A stretch of 63,008 bases of DNA from Clostridia bacterium. Lineage in GTDB: Bacteria > Bacillota > Clostridia > Christensenellales > UBA1242. The position numbers and the translations under genes were made by a program. This document shows, piece after piece, positions 53,475-62,893 of this stretch. Positions within the stretch are counted from its first letter, which is position 1. Every line of letters starts with the position of its first letter. Location of the stretch: contig JAFWWV010000077.1 of NCBI GenBank assembly GCA_017523305.1, positions 1 to 63,008 of the forward strand. The letters are read 5' to 3'. The notes beneath the pieces are model-generated. The model made no database searches. It was not told where the DNA came from and saw only the letters and a program-made list of their open reading frames with translations.

Positions 53475-56064
53475 AATGCAGTTCTATAAAGGTATTGGAA
53501 TCTATGATGTCATTCTTGGTATTATAGCTCTCGCTTTTATAGCTCTTGCAGTAACAAGTAATTTGCCAAATAAATATACAATTGCTATTGGTGTCCTTAT
53601 CCTTGTAGCACCAATGTATATTCCACTTGGCGATATAAAACTTTATCAAGCATTAGGATATGGTGTGAAATTTGCTGTTGCTAGAAAATCTTTTTACAAG
53701 AATAAACAAGGCGGAAGTCATATTAGCACAATCATTCCTTATGCAGGGGTAAAGGAAAACTTAATTTATCAAAAAGATGGTACTTATACTGGTGTAATTG
53801 AAGTAACACCAATTGAGTTTAATATGTTGTCAACAACAAAACAAAACTTTTTGATAGATGGAACAATTTCAAACACATTGAAAAATGTAGGTATTTTTCA
53901 AGAATACAATTTAATCAAATTAGAAAAACCAATTATCTTTGATGATTATATTAATAATGAAATTACTAGAATTCAGAAGTTGATTGCTGAAAATGAAAAC
54001 GACAATCTAAATGAAAGTGAATTAAGGTCAAGAATTGAAATCATTGAAGATAGAATGAATTTAATTGATAGTTTAAATTCAAATGAAAAAATCTATGCTA
54101 GTGCTTATTATATTGCTTTACACGACATAGATAGAACAAGTCTTAATAATTCGCTTGAGATTATTGAAAACTCATTACGTGGAAGTAATTTGGAAGCAAA
54201 AAGACTTAATAATAAAGAATTAGCAATATTTTTAAAATACTCTTATGATAAGGAATTTGATGAAAGGGAATTTAATGATATTGCAGAGAAAGATTATATT
54301 AGACACATCTACCCAGACAATGTGCAATTTAAAGTTTTGTCAACAAAGCAAAACAATAAAACTCTTACTCAATTTATTATTACTGATTATCCATTAAAGG
54401 TGGATAATGCTTGGGCGCAGGAACTTTTTGATATTCCAAATACAAAGGTTGTAATGAAGTGTAAACCTGTAGACAAATATAAAGCAATAAAAAGAATAGA
54501 TAACGCAATCAATGAACTTCTTTCTCAAAGTACTTTGGGTAAAGCGAGTTCACAAATTGACAAGCAAACACATTTAGAAAGTTTGCAAATCTTACTAGAA
54601 GGATTGCAAAACGATAATGAAGTGTTCTTTGACACCACACTTATTATTACAGCTTATGATGAAGGAAAAGATACAACAAACAAGAAGTATGTTAGAAGAA
54701 AATTAAGAGAATTTGGCTTTAAGTTTAGTGAAATGTTCGGCCGACAGATTGAAAGTTATTTTTCATCTGGAATCAACACATATAACAAAACCAATATTTC
54801 TCGTGGATTAAATTCATCAATTATTGCTTCTTCATTTCCATTCGTAAGTAATGCAATCCTTGATAATAATGGACTTCTTATCGGCGAGAATAAGTTACCA
54901 ACATTTGTAGATTTCTTTAGACGAGATGATGAAAGAGTTAATTCAAACACAGTAATCATTGGAAAGTCGGGTAGTGGTAAATCTTATGCAACTAAAATGT
55001 TACTTGCTAATCTAGCGAGTGATAATGCAAAGGTATTTATTTTGGACCCTGAAAATGAATATACAAATTTGGCTAACAACTTAAAAGGAAGGGTGTTAGA
55101 TGTATCTTCATCTAAAAATGGTAGAATTAATCCTTTCCACATAATTATGAGTTTAGATGATGAAAACCAAGATGGAACAAACAATTCATTTTATTCTCAT
55201 CTACAGTTTTTGGAAGAATTTTTCAGGTTGATATTGCAAGGTATTAATCCTGATAGCTTGGAATTGTTAAATAAAGTTATTGTTGAAATTTACAATCAAA
55301 AAGGAATTACAGCAAAGACTGATTTAACTAAATTAAGGGCGAAAGATTATCCAATATTTCAAGACCTTGCAGAAGAAATAGACCGTAGACTTGAGATTGA
55401 AAAAGATGAGTACAATCTATCTTGTTACAAAGTGTTATCTAACTATATTAGTAAATTTAGACGAGGTGGAAGAAATTCGGCCTTGTGGAATGGATTCACA
55501 ACATTTAATCCAACTGAAAACTTTGTTTGTTTTAACTTCCAGAAGTTATTGTCAAACAAGAATAACCTTATTGGTAACGCACAAATGTTGTTAGTTTTAA
55601 AGTGGTTAGATAATGAAGTAATTAAGAATAGGGATTACAACATTATGAATAATGCTGATAGAAAAATTGTAATAGCAATTGATGAGGCTCACGTCTTTAT
55701 TGACGAGAAATTTCCAATCGCTTTGGATTTTATGTACCAGCTTGCTAAACGAATTCGTAAGTACAATGGAATGCAAATCGTAATCACGCAGAATGTGAAA
55801 GACTTTGTAGGTAGTCCTGAAATTGCTAGAAAATCTTCAGCAATCATTAATGTTAGTCAATATTCATTTATTTTCTCATTGTCGCCAAATGATATGTCGG
55901 ACCTTTGTACCTTATATGAAAAGGCAGGTCAAATTAATGAAAATGAAACTGATAATATTGTGAACTTGCCGAGAGGAAGTGCATTTTTAATTACAGGTCC
56001 TGCAAGTAGGACAAATATAAGAATTGTGGCAACACCACATGTAAAAGAAATTTTTGAAAATTAG
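53443..56064 (+). CDS. VirB4-family conjugation ATPase with N-terminal PrgI/VirB3-like membrane segment
   Basis: N-terminal 'GIGIYDVILGIIALAFIALAV' TM pair. Walker A 'GKSGSGKSY', Walker B 'VIAIDEAHVF'. AAGGAG RBS. Overlaps the upstream gene. Confidence 0.8.
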   Translation: MRIIPKNTKVKMQFYKGIGIYDVILGIIALAFIALAVTSNLPNKYTIAIGVLILVAPMYIPLGDIKLYQALGYGVKFAVARKSFYKNKQGGSHISTIIPYAGVKENLIYQKDGTYTGVIEVTPIEFNMLSTTKQNFLIDGTISNTLKNVGIFQEYNLIKLEKPIIFDDYINNEITRIQKLIAENENDNLNESELRSRIEIIEDRMNLIDSLNSNEKIYASAYYIALHDIDRTSLNNSLEIIENSLRGSNLEAKRLNNKELAIFLKYSYDKEFDEREFNDIAEKDYIRHIYPDNVQFKVLSTKQNNKTLTQFIITDYPLKVDNAWAQELFDIPNTKVVMKCKPVDKYKAIKRIDNAINELLSQSTLGKASSQIDKQTHLESLQILLEGLQNDNEVFFDTTLIITAYDEGKDTTNKKYVRRKLREFGFKFSEMFGRQIESYFSSGINTYNKTNISRGLNSSIIASSFPFVSNAILDNNGLLIGENKLPTFVDFFRRDDERVNSNTVIIGKSGSGKSYATKMLLANLASDNAKVFILDPENEYTNLANNLKGRVLDVSSSKNGRINPFHIIMSLDDENQDGTNNSFYSHLQFLEEFFRLILQGINPDSLELLNKVIVEIYNQKGITAKTDLTKLRAKDYPIFQDLAEEIDRRLEIEKDEYNLSCYKVLSNYISKFRRGGRNSALWNGFTTFNPTENFVCFNFQKLLSNKNNLIGNAQMLLVLKWLDNEVIKNRDYNIMNNADRKIVIAIDEAHVFIDEKFPIALDFMYQLAKRIRKYNGMQIVITQNVKDFVGSPEIARKSSAIINVSQYSFIFSLSPNDMSDLCTLYEKAGQINENETDNIVNLPRGSAFLITGPASRTNIRIVATPHVKEIFEN

Positions 56065-56074
56065 GAGTTTATAA

Positions 56075-57061
56075 ATGGAAGAAAGAAATATTAAAGCGTT
56101 GGAAGAATTAACAAAACAAAGTGATGAAAAATATATTGAGTTGCTTAAAAACAACCAACTAACAAAAATTCTTCGCGCTATTGGTTTATTTCCTGACCAA
56201 ACAATTACAAATGATGTTCTTATTATTACACAAAAGCCAGAAGCTACTTGTGTAAAAAGAATGAGAGATTGGAACTACTATAAGAGAAGTGTAAATAAAA
56301 ACGAAAAAGCAATTAAAGTTATTTCACACTATATTGAAAAGTATGACCAAGATTTCACTGATGAACAAGGAAATATTTACACTAAAGGTGTAGAAAAACT
56401 TAAGACTGATTTGGGTTATTTATTTAATATTTCTCAAACAAATGGAAAGGAATATGATTACCTTAATTCTAATAGGGAAAATCTTGCAAAACATTTTGAT
56501 GTTGTAAAATCAGCTCTTGAAAGAACTGCAAGAGATTATGAATTTGTGTACACAAGTATTGATGAACCGTCAAAAATTGATAAAGAAAATAAGAAAGTAT
56601 ACATTCAAGGAAATTCTGAACTTTATAGAGTTCTTGATGAGTTGATTACTAATGTTACGACCATTCTTTTGGACACTAGACGCCCTGAAGGTCTTACTGA
56701 TGATAAATTATCCAATATTGCTGATATTGAGTTAAATGCGGCCATTTATGCCATTACTGAAAAACTAGGCAATAGAGAAGGTAAAGAATATGATTTCTCT
56801 GAAATTTCAAAACTTGATGAGAAAGACATGTATGACTTTAAGGGTACTTTGCAAAGAGTTCGTTCTGTTGTAAAGCAGGAACTTTCAAATGTTGAAAGAG
56901 CAATTGAAAAGGCAGTAAGAAACTTAAGCAAAGTAGAAGAAAAAGTGGAAGAAAAAGAACAAGAAGTCGAAAAGGTTGAAGAAGTGAAACAAGAAGCTGA
57001 AGTTGCACCTAAACCTAAAAGAACTAGAAAAACTAAACAAGCAGAAAGTGAGGTGGAATAA
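56075..57061 (+). CDS. ArdC-N-like ssDNA-binding domain protein with Glu/Lys-rich tail
   Basis: 'NDVLIITQKPEATCVKRMRDWNYYKRSVNKNEKAIKVI' fits the ArdC_N pattern (N..L...Q.P.AT.V....W.....V.KGEK.I.V). Confidence 0.4.
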   Translation: MEERNIKALEELTKQSDEKYIELLKNNQLTKILRAIGLFPDQTITNDVLIITQKPEATCVKRMRDWNYYKRSVNKNEKAIKVISHYIEKYDQDFTDEQGNIYTKGVEKLKTDLGYLFNISQTNGKEYDYLNSNRENLAKHFDVVKSALERTARDYEFVYTSIDEPSKIDKENKKVYIQGNSELYRVLDELITNVTTILLDTRRPEGLTDDKLSNIADIELNAAIYAITEKLGNREGKEYDFSEISKLDEKDMYDFKGTLQRVRSVVKQELSNVERAIEKAVRNLSKVEEKVEEKEQEVEKVEEVKQEAEVAPKPKRTRKTKQAESEVE

Positions 57062-57333
57062 TGCTTAATATTGGCGGTGAACTTGCTTTCATTTTGCAAG
57101 ATATTGATTATACATCAAAACAAGATTTGCTTGATAAGTTGAGAAATATGAGAGATAACCTTAAGGAATATCCAAAAGAAGAAAAACAAATGATAAGACC
57201 AATTTTAGCAGTTGCCATTCAACAGGCATTCTACTTTAGCGAATGGGAGCTTATGAACTATAAAAAGTTCTGTGATAAGAAAAATCCAAAGGAACAAGAA
57301 GATGTTAAAAGTGTTGGTGAAGGAACCGAATAA
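57061..57333 (+). CDS. Hypothetical small protein
   Basis: ORF in operon context only. Confidence 0.35.
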   Translation: MLNIGGELAFILQDIDYTSKQDLLDKLRNMRDNLKEYPKEEKQMIRPILAVAIQQAFYFSEWELMNYKKFCDKKNPKEQEDVKSVGEGTE

Positions 57334-57715
57334 GGAACCTTATGTCAAAGAAATTGAACCAGAACTAAAGAATTATCAAGAAATTGTTGGTGGTCTTATT
57401 GAGTGTGTTGAAATGCCTGGTGTGAAGAATGTAGACCTTTATGTAAACGAAGAAGGTAAACTTGACAATTTGCCGGGAAACTTTTGGCTTCCAGAATATG
57501 AAGATTGTGTAGTTGGAACCTGTTATATGGTGGGTTATGACCCTGAAGAATGCGAAAATGTAAGCATTACTGATAAACAAATAAAAGAGTGTACCAAGTA
57601 TATTAAGGAATATGAACTTCCTGAAGGAATGGATTTATATCTTGATTTTAAATTACTTCAACCATATATGATGAACAAATTTAAGAAAAATATGAAGAAA
57701 AAAATGGAGATGTAA
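57302..57715 (+). CDS. DUF3846-like small protein
   Basis: 'MLKVLVKEPNKEPYVKEIEPELKNYQEIVGGLIECVEM' resembles the DUF3846 N-terminus common in Firmicute ICEs. Start chosen at ATG 57302. Confidence 0.4.
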   Translation: MLKVLVKEPNKEPYVKEIEPELKNYQEIVGGLIECVEMPGVKNVDLYVNEEGKLDNLPGNFWLPEYEDCVVGTCYMVGYDPEECENVSITDKQIKECTKYIKEYELPEGMDLYLDFKLLQPYMMNKFKKNMKKKMEM

Positions 57716-57716
57716 T

Positions 57717-58301
57717 ATGAGTATGCATATCAAGAGAAAAGGGATTTCGTTAAATATAGATGTAGATTATTCTTTTAATAATAGAAGTCCGCGAGAAGAT
57801 GATAATTTAGGTGTTATGGCTTGTTATCACAGCAGATATTCTCTTGGTGATGAAAATGTTCCAAAAACATACGAGGAATTTAAGGAATGGTATAACAACA
57901 ATAAAGATAAGGTGGCCTGTATGTTACCACTTTATCTTTACGACCATTCTGGTTTGAGAATGTCTGTTAACGATTTTAATGACCGTTGGGATAGTGGACA
58001 GGTTGGGTGGATATATTGTACTCACGAAGCATTAAAACAACACGGACTTGAAGATAAAACAAGGAGTGAGATTGCTAAACTTCTAATTAATGAAGTGAAT
58101 GCTTATGATGAGTATTTAATAGGTGAACCTTACTATTATTTTTGTTTGAGAGATGAAGATGATAATATCATAGACTCAATTACTGGTTTTAAATCAAATA
58201 AAATTGATGATTTCTTTAATGATATGAAAGAATATGTTGATGAAAAATATCATTTTGTATTTGACGCATTATTGAAAAAACAAAAGGAAAATCAATTATG
58301 A
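57717..58301 (+). CDS. Hypothetical protein, tandem paralog A
   Basis: Shares 'DDNLGVMACYHSRYSLGDE', 'EEFKEWYNNNKD', 'LYLYDHSG' and 'FVFDALLKK' with the next ORF. Confidence 0.5.
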   Translation: MSMHIKRKGISLNIDVDYSFNNRSPREDDNLGVMACYHSRYSLGDENVPKTYEEFKEWYNNNKDKVACMLPLYLYDHSGLRMSVNDFNDRWDSGQVGWIYCTHEALKQHGLEDKTRSEIAKLLINEVNAYDEYLIGEPYYYFCLRDEDDNIIDSITGFKSNKIDDFFNDMKEYVDEKYHFVFDALLKKQKENQL

Positions 58302-58912
58302 GTAAAAACTATCGAATAAGAAAAAAAGGCTATGAATTGGTAATTTTTGAAGATTGCATTGAAAGTCCTAGAGAATATTATAAAGATGACAATATAGGGA
58401 TAATGGCTTGCTTTCATCACAGACTTGAGCTTGGAGATGAAACACCATTTAATAAAATTGAAGATTTTGTCAATTGGTATAATGACAACAAAGATATTAT
58501 CAAGTGTTGTATACCTTTATATCTAATTGATAATGAAGAATGTAACGGAAATGTTTCTATTACAACAGATAAAAATGATTATAGAAAACCTTGTCAATTG
58601 CTTGGATTCATTTATTGTACAACCGAAACATTAAAAGATAATTGGGCGTATGATGAAAATGATGAGGAAGAAATTCTACAAGATAGACTTGAAGATGAAG
58701 TAATGGAATATGATAATTGGCTACAAAACATTCCACCATATTATAGTTTTGAAATAAAAGATAAAGATAAAAACCATATAAATGGACAGGGTGTTTTTGC
58801 TGATTATGGATTTGAAGATATGATAAATGAAATGAAAGAAAGAAACGAAACAAAAGAATATAATTTTTTGTTTGACGCCTTACTTAAAAGAGAAAGAGAT
58901 AATTGTCTATAA
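58298..58912 (+). CDS. Hypothetical protein, tandem paralog B
   Basis: 'DDNIGIMACFHHRLELGDE', 'EDFVNWYNDNKD', 'FLFDALLKR'. 4-nt overlap with paralog A. Confidence 0.5.
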   Translation: MSKNYRIRKKGYELVIFEDCIESPREYYKDDNIGIMACFHHRLELGDETPFNKIEDFVNWYNDNKDIIKCCIPLYLIDNEECNGNVSITTDKNDYRKPCQLLGFIYCTTETLKDNWAYDENDEEEILQDRLEDEVMEYDNWLQNIPPYYSFEIKDKDKNHINGQGVFADYGFEDMINEMKERNETKEYNFLFDALLKRERDNCL

Positions 58913-58962
58913 AGGTCCACCTTTATAGACTTTTTATAAAACAGAAAAAAGGAAAATAGAGT

Positions 58963-59859
58963 ATGAATAAAAGTAAATCAATAATTTCGTGGGGCCAACT
59001 ATTTTTAATTGTAGGAACTATGTGCTTATTTTTGTTTACATTGACACAAAGAGTTACTTTTGAAAAGCAACCAGAGATTGTGCCTGTGCAGGGCTTCGTA
59101 ATGAGTGGTGGAGTTATAACAGGCTATAGTGGTGATGATACAACAGTAATAATACCAAGTAGTTATTCATTAGGACCTACAACAAATATGTCAGGAACAA
59201 TTACATTTAACAATAGAAATGAAGCATTAAATTTTCTTCAAGAACACTATGCTATTGGTAGTGAAGGATATTATGACTTTTATAGAGAAATTTATTCTCA
59301 ATCTTATCCTTGGTTATGTAACTATTCTATTGATAAACCAAGTTATATCGAAGGAACAGATTATAAGATTACAAGCATAACAGCAAGAGCTTTTGAAGAT
59401 AACACACAAATAGAAAAGGTAGTTATACCGGGAACAATCGAAAAAATTGGAAACTTTGCATTCCAAGATTGTTCTAATTTAAAAGAAGTAGTGCTTAATG
59501 AAGGAATAAAACATATTGGCGATAGTTCTTTTTGGGGTTGTGGAATCACAACAATAACAATACCTAATAGTGTTGAAACTATATATCCTTATGCTTTCTT
59601 TAGATGTCATAACCTTGAGGAAGTGATTATAGGTGAAGGATTAAAGGATATAAATAATGGAACTTTTAATGCTTGTGAAAATCTTAAGAAAGTAACAATA
59701 AAATCTAAATATGACATTGAGGCTTACTCAACTGAAGCATATAAGGTGTTTTCGCGCTGTACAAGTTTAGAAGTTATTTATGTTCCTGAAGAAAGATTGT
59801 CATTCTTTAAAAATACTGACCCTTGGAATTTATATAGTAATTATTATAAAAAAATATAA
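58963..59859 (+). CDS. Membrane-anchored BspA-type LRR (LRR_5) surface protein
   Basis: N-terminal TM 'LFLIVGTMCLFLF'. Repeats of the type 'ITSITARAFEDNTQIEKVVIPGTIEKIGNFAFQDCSNLKEVVL'. Confidence 0.7.
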   Translation: MNKSKSIISWGQLFLIVGTMCLFLFTLTQRVTFEKQPEIVPVQGFVMSGGVITGYSGDDTTVIIPSSYSLGPTTNMSGTITFNNRNEALNFLQEHYAIGSEGYYDFYREIYSQSYPWLCNYSIDKPSYIEGTDYKITSITARAFEDNTQIEKVVIPGTIEKIGNFAFQDCSNLKEVVLNEGIKHIGDSSFWGCGITTITIPNSVETIYPYAFFRCHNLEEVIIGEGLKDINNGTFNACENLKKVTIKSKYDIEAYSTEAYKVFSRCTSLEVIYVPEERLSFFKNTDPWNLYSNYYKKI

Positions 59860-59873
59860 ACAAGGAGCATTTA

Positions 59874-61004
59874 ATGGAAGAAAATAAATCTAGCAAAGCA
59901 AAAGGTGTGTCAATTGTAATGATATTACTTGCCATTGTTATTGGATTTGGGTTTGTTATTGGTCTTACACAAACAAGTGGGGCAAACAACCTAAATAATC
60001 AAGACTCTGAAATTTCACATTATGCATTTGATGAAAATGGAGTATTGTTATCATATAATGGCACATCTACGGAATTAGAAATACCTGCAACATATTCATT
60101 ATCTTCAACTGTTGAACAAGTTGAAATGTCATCTAGTTCAATCTATCAATTAGTTGATAGAGCTAATGCTTTAGGCATTACAAATTATACAATTGAAAAC
60201 CAAACAGGAAATTATACTGATGAGTTTGGTAATGTATTTTATCAAGAAAAATACATTATGACATACGATAAGAGAAAAGTTATTGAAGGAACAGATTACC
60301 AAGTTACTGGAATCGGTGCTAATGCATTCCAAAATAACACAAAAATCACTTCAGTAGTTTTACCTGACACAATTAAAACAATTGGTTCAAATGCATTTGC
60401 AGGTTGCTTAAATATTCAAACACTTACTTTACCAGAAAATCTTGAGAGAATTGAAAGTTCAGCATTTTATAATTGTAGAAGAATTAAGGAAGTTGTAATT
60501 CCAAATACTGTATCGTATATTGGACCACAGGCATTCCATTATTGTAACATGCTAGAAAAAGTAAACATTCCTGCAGGAGTTACAACAATTAGTATGGCAA
60601 CATTTAATAATTGCTATAACTTAAAAGAAATTGTAATTCCAAGTAATGTAAGAAATATTCAAAGTGAAGCATTCTTTGGTTGTACATCATTAAGCAAAGT
60701 AACATTTAATGAAGGATTACAAAGTATTGCAACAGGAGCTTTTTATAATTGTTACAACATAACAGAACTTGTTTTACCAAGTACTATTCGTAATTTAACA
60801 AGTTCAACATTCTATCGTTGTACAAATCTTCAAACAGTAGTAATTAAAAGTCCAAGCATTGTAAATATCTCTAATAATACATTTCCTACATCAATTAATG
60901 CAATTTATGTAAGAGATGAGTTAATCGACCAATATCCAAATTATGCTTATTGGGAAATGTATAGTCAATATTTAAGACCACTTTCTGAATGGGAAGCAGC
61001 TTAA
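59874..61004 (+). CDS. Membrane-anchored BspA-type LRR (LRR_5) surface protein
   Basis: N-terminal TM 'IVMILLAIVIGFGFVIGL'. About six LRR_5 units ('IGANAFQNNTKITSVVLPDTIKTIGSNAFAGC...'). Confidence 0.7.
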   Translation: MEENKSSKAKGVSIVMILLAIVIGFGFVIGLTQTSGANNLNNQDSEISHYAFDENGVLLSYNGTSTELEIPATYSLSSTVEQVEMSSSSIYQLVDRANALGITNYTIENQTGNYTDEFGNVFYQEKYIMTYDKRKVIEGTDYQVTGIGANAFQNNTKITSVVLPDTIKTIGSNAFAGCLNIQTLTLPENLERIESSAFYNCRRIKEVVIPNTVSYIGPQAFHYCNMLEKVNIPAGVTTISMATFNNCYNLKEIVIPSNVRNIQSEAFFGCTSLSKVTFNEGLQSIATGAFYNCYNITELVLPSTIRNLTSSTFYRCTNLQTVVIKSPSIVNISNNTFPTSINAIYVRDELIDQYPNYAYWEMYSQYLRPLSEWEAA

Positions 61005-61339
61005 TGAATGAAAATGAAAACTTTACAAAATGGATTGTAAATAAAGCATTTACAAAAGCATTAAGTAAAGAGATGAATTACTTTGACGCAAGATATACTG
61101 ATTTATTAATAGATAAGTTGTGTATTGAGAATGTTGATTTAGTAAAGGCCGGATTTGAAAATGCACAATTTGATGTTAGATTTGCAAAAAAACTAATCAA
61201 TCAATATAAATATTCTATAAATGATAAAGTATTAGAGGCGTATGGTTGGTATCCTAAAAATGTAGAAAATGCAATAATCAAATATTTACCAGAAGAATTT
61301 TTAAAATCAATACAGAAAAGAATAGATGAGGAAATGTAA
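61004..61339 (+). CDS. Hypothetical small protein
   Basis: ATG 61004 overlaps the upstream stop (TAATG). No motif. Confidence 0.4.
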   Translation: MNENENFTKWIVNKAFTKALSKEMNYFDARYTDLLIDKLCIENVDLVKAGFENAQFDVRFAKKLINQYKYSINDKVLEAYGWYPKNVENAIIKYLPEEFLKSIQKRIDEEM

Positions 61340-61341
61340 CT

Positions 61342-61659
61342 ATGACCAATGAACAATTAGTTAAACTAAAATTTAAACTAGCCGAAGAAATAGATGAATA
61401 CAAAAAAGAAATGTTAGAAAAAACAAAATCCGAAATCTATGACAGTTGCTTTGAAATAAGTTCAATGGAAAGAATACATCAGTACCTAATTTCAAAAGGC
61501 AGAAATTATAAATATGAATATATGCCTAAAAACAATATATGTAAGTTTTACTATGATTGTTTAAACAAAATGGGATTTGAACTTACAAATGAGAATTTAG
61601 ATGATGTTATATCCTTTGAGATATATAAGGCAAGAAGGGATAGCGGTTCGGAAATGTAG
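61342..61659 (+). CDS. Hypothetical small protein, N-terminal paralog of 62210-62887
   Basis: Shared pattern 'Y.YMPKNNI...YYD.L.K.G.E.T...LDD.I' versus 'Y.YPAMPKKNIL..LYDYLDKGGYDITEDKIHDMI'. Confidence 0.45.
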   Translation: MTNEQLVKLKFKLAEEIDEYKKEMLEKTKSEIYDSCFEISSMERIHQYLISKGRNYKYEYMPKNNICKFYYDCLNKMGFELTNENLDDVISFEIYKARRDSGSEM

Positions 61660-61667
61660 GAGTGATT

Positions 61668-62210
61668 ATGTCTACTAGAAGTTTAATAAGCATTCAAAGA
61701 GAAGATGATAAGTATGAGTGTATTTATTGTCATTCCGATGGTTATTTAACATATAATGGCGCTATGCTTTTAGACCATTATAGTGATAAAGAAAAAGTAG
61801 AAAAACTACTAAAACTAGGAAACTTATCATTATTAGAAAGAAAAATAGAGCCAAATCCTGATAGTCCACATTCTTTTGACTATGACAAACGACAAGAAGA
61901 TGTTGTTGTTGCTTATGGTAGAGATAGGGGTGAAACAAATCAAGAGAGTAAAATCTTTACTTTTGATGAAATGATGGACTATGGGTGGATTGAGTATATT
62001 TATATTCTTGATAAAAAAAATAACTGGAAATATCTTAAACCACCTAATAGGGAATTAAAAGATGTTAAGAAAGACCTAGAAAAAGAATATAAATCAATGA
62101 AAATAAAACGACCAAAAGATTATTATGGTTTTTGGTCTGAACAACGGTTAATAGAGGAGAGAAAAAAACAAAAAAAACAAAAACGACATAAGTCAGAAGG
62201 TGAAATGTAA
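61668..62210 (+). CDS. Hypothetical protein
   Basis: AGGAG 5 nt before ATG 61668. Lys-rich tail ends 'KSEGEM'. Confidence 0.45.
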   Translation: MSTRSLISIQREDDKYECIYCHSDGYLTYNGAMLLDHYSDKEKVEKLLKLGNLSLLERKIEPNPDSPHSFDYDKRQEDVVVAYGRDRGETNQESKIFTFDEMMDYGWIEYIYILDKKNNWKYLKPPNRELKDVKKDLEKEYKSMKIKRPKDYYGFWSEQRLIEERKKQKKQKRHKSEGEM

Positions 62211-62887
62211 TGACACATAAAGAGTACTATGAAATCTTAAAAAAACTTGATAAAGAGTTGTCTGCAATAAAGAAATATTACTATGAAAAAAGTGATAATG
62301 CAGAGATGTTTGAGGAAGCAAAAAGGATTTATGGTATTACTTCTATTTTTAATCATTTTGCAGAAAATGGAACTTATTACCATTATCCAGCAATGCCTAA
62401 AAAGAACATACTTGAAACTCTTTATGATTATTTAGATAAAGGCGGATATGATATTACTGAAGATAAAATACACGATATGATAACTGACTATCAAGAAGAA
62501 AATATGGACAAATACCTAATTAAAGGAAAACTGTATACACCAATTTTATATGGTGAGGAAGAAGATTGTTGGGGAGATGTCGAAGAAGATGATAAGTGCG
62601 GGGATTGTGGTTGTGCAGTCGGTCAGCAACATTTTGAGAATTGCGACATTGAACGTTGTCCAGCTTGTGGATTACAATTCATATCTTGTGATTGTGGAGT
62701 AAAATATATCATATCTAAAGAAGATAGAAAAAATCTTCCTTTCTATATTAAACAACAAGAAATTGATAATATAGCGGAAGAAAAAGCAATTAAAGAAGCA
62801 TTGTTGGCTTATGAAAAAAACCAAATGTTAGAAAAAGAAAAACAAGAAAAAAAGCAAAAGAAAAAGAAGTCAGAAGCAGAGATGTGA
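62210..62887 (+). CDS. Hypothetical protein with C-terminal Cys-rich Zn-binding module
   Basis: 'CGDCGCAVGQQHFENCDIERCPACGLQFISCDCG'. Lys-rich tail ends 'KSEAEM'. Confidence 0.45.
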   Translation: MTHKEYYEILKKLDKELSAIKKYYYEKSDNAEMFEEAKRIYGITSIFNHFAENGTYYHYPAMPKKNILETLYDYLDKGGYDITEDKIHDMITDYQEENMDKYLIKGKLYTPILYGEEEDCWGDVEEDDKCGDCGCAVGQQHFENCDIERCPACGLQFISCDCGVKYIISKEDRKNLPFYIKQQEIDNIAEEKAIKEALLAYEKNQMLEKEKQEKKQKKKKSEAEM

Positions 62888-62893
62888 GGATAA

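Noticed and set aside
47700-55594. Same-strand alternative-frame ORFs 47700-47894, 49974-50165 and 55391-55594.
   Set aside because: They are embedded out of frame in the adhesin and VirB4 genes. They have no RBS, and their Met/Lys-rich translations look like frame-shifted noise.
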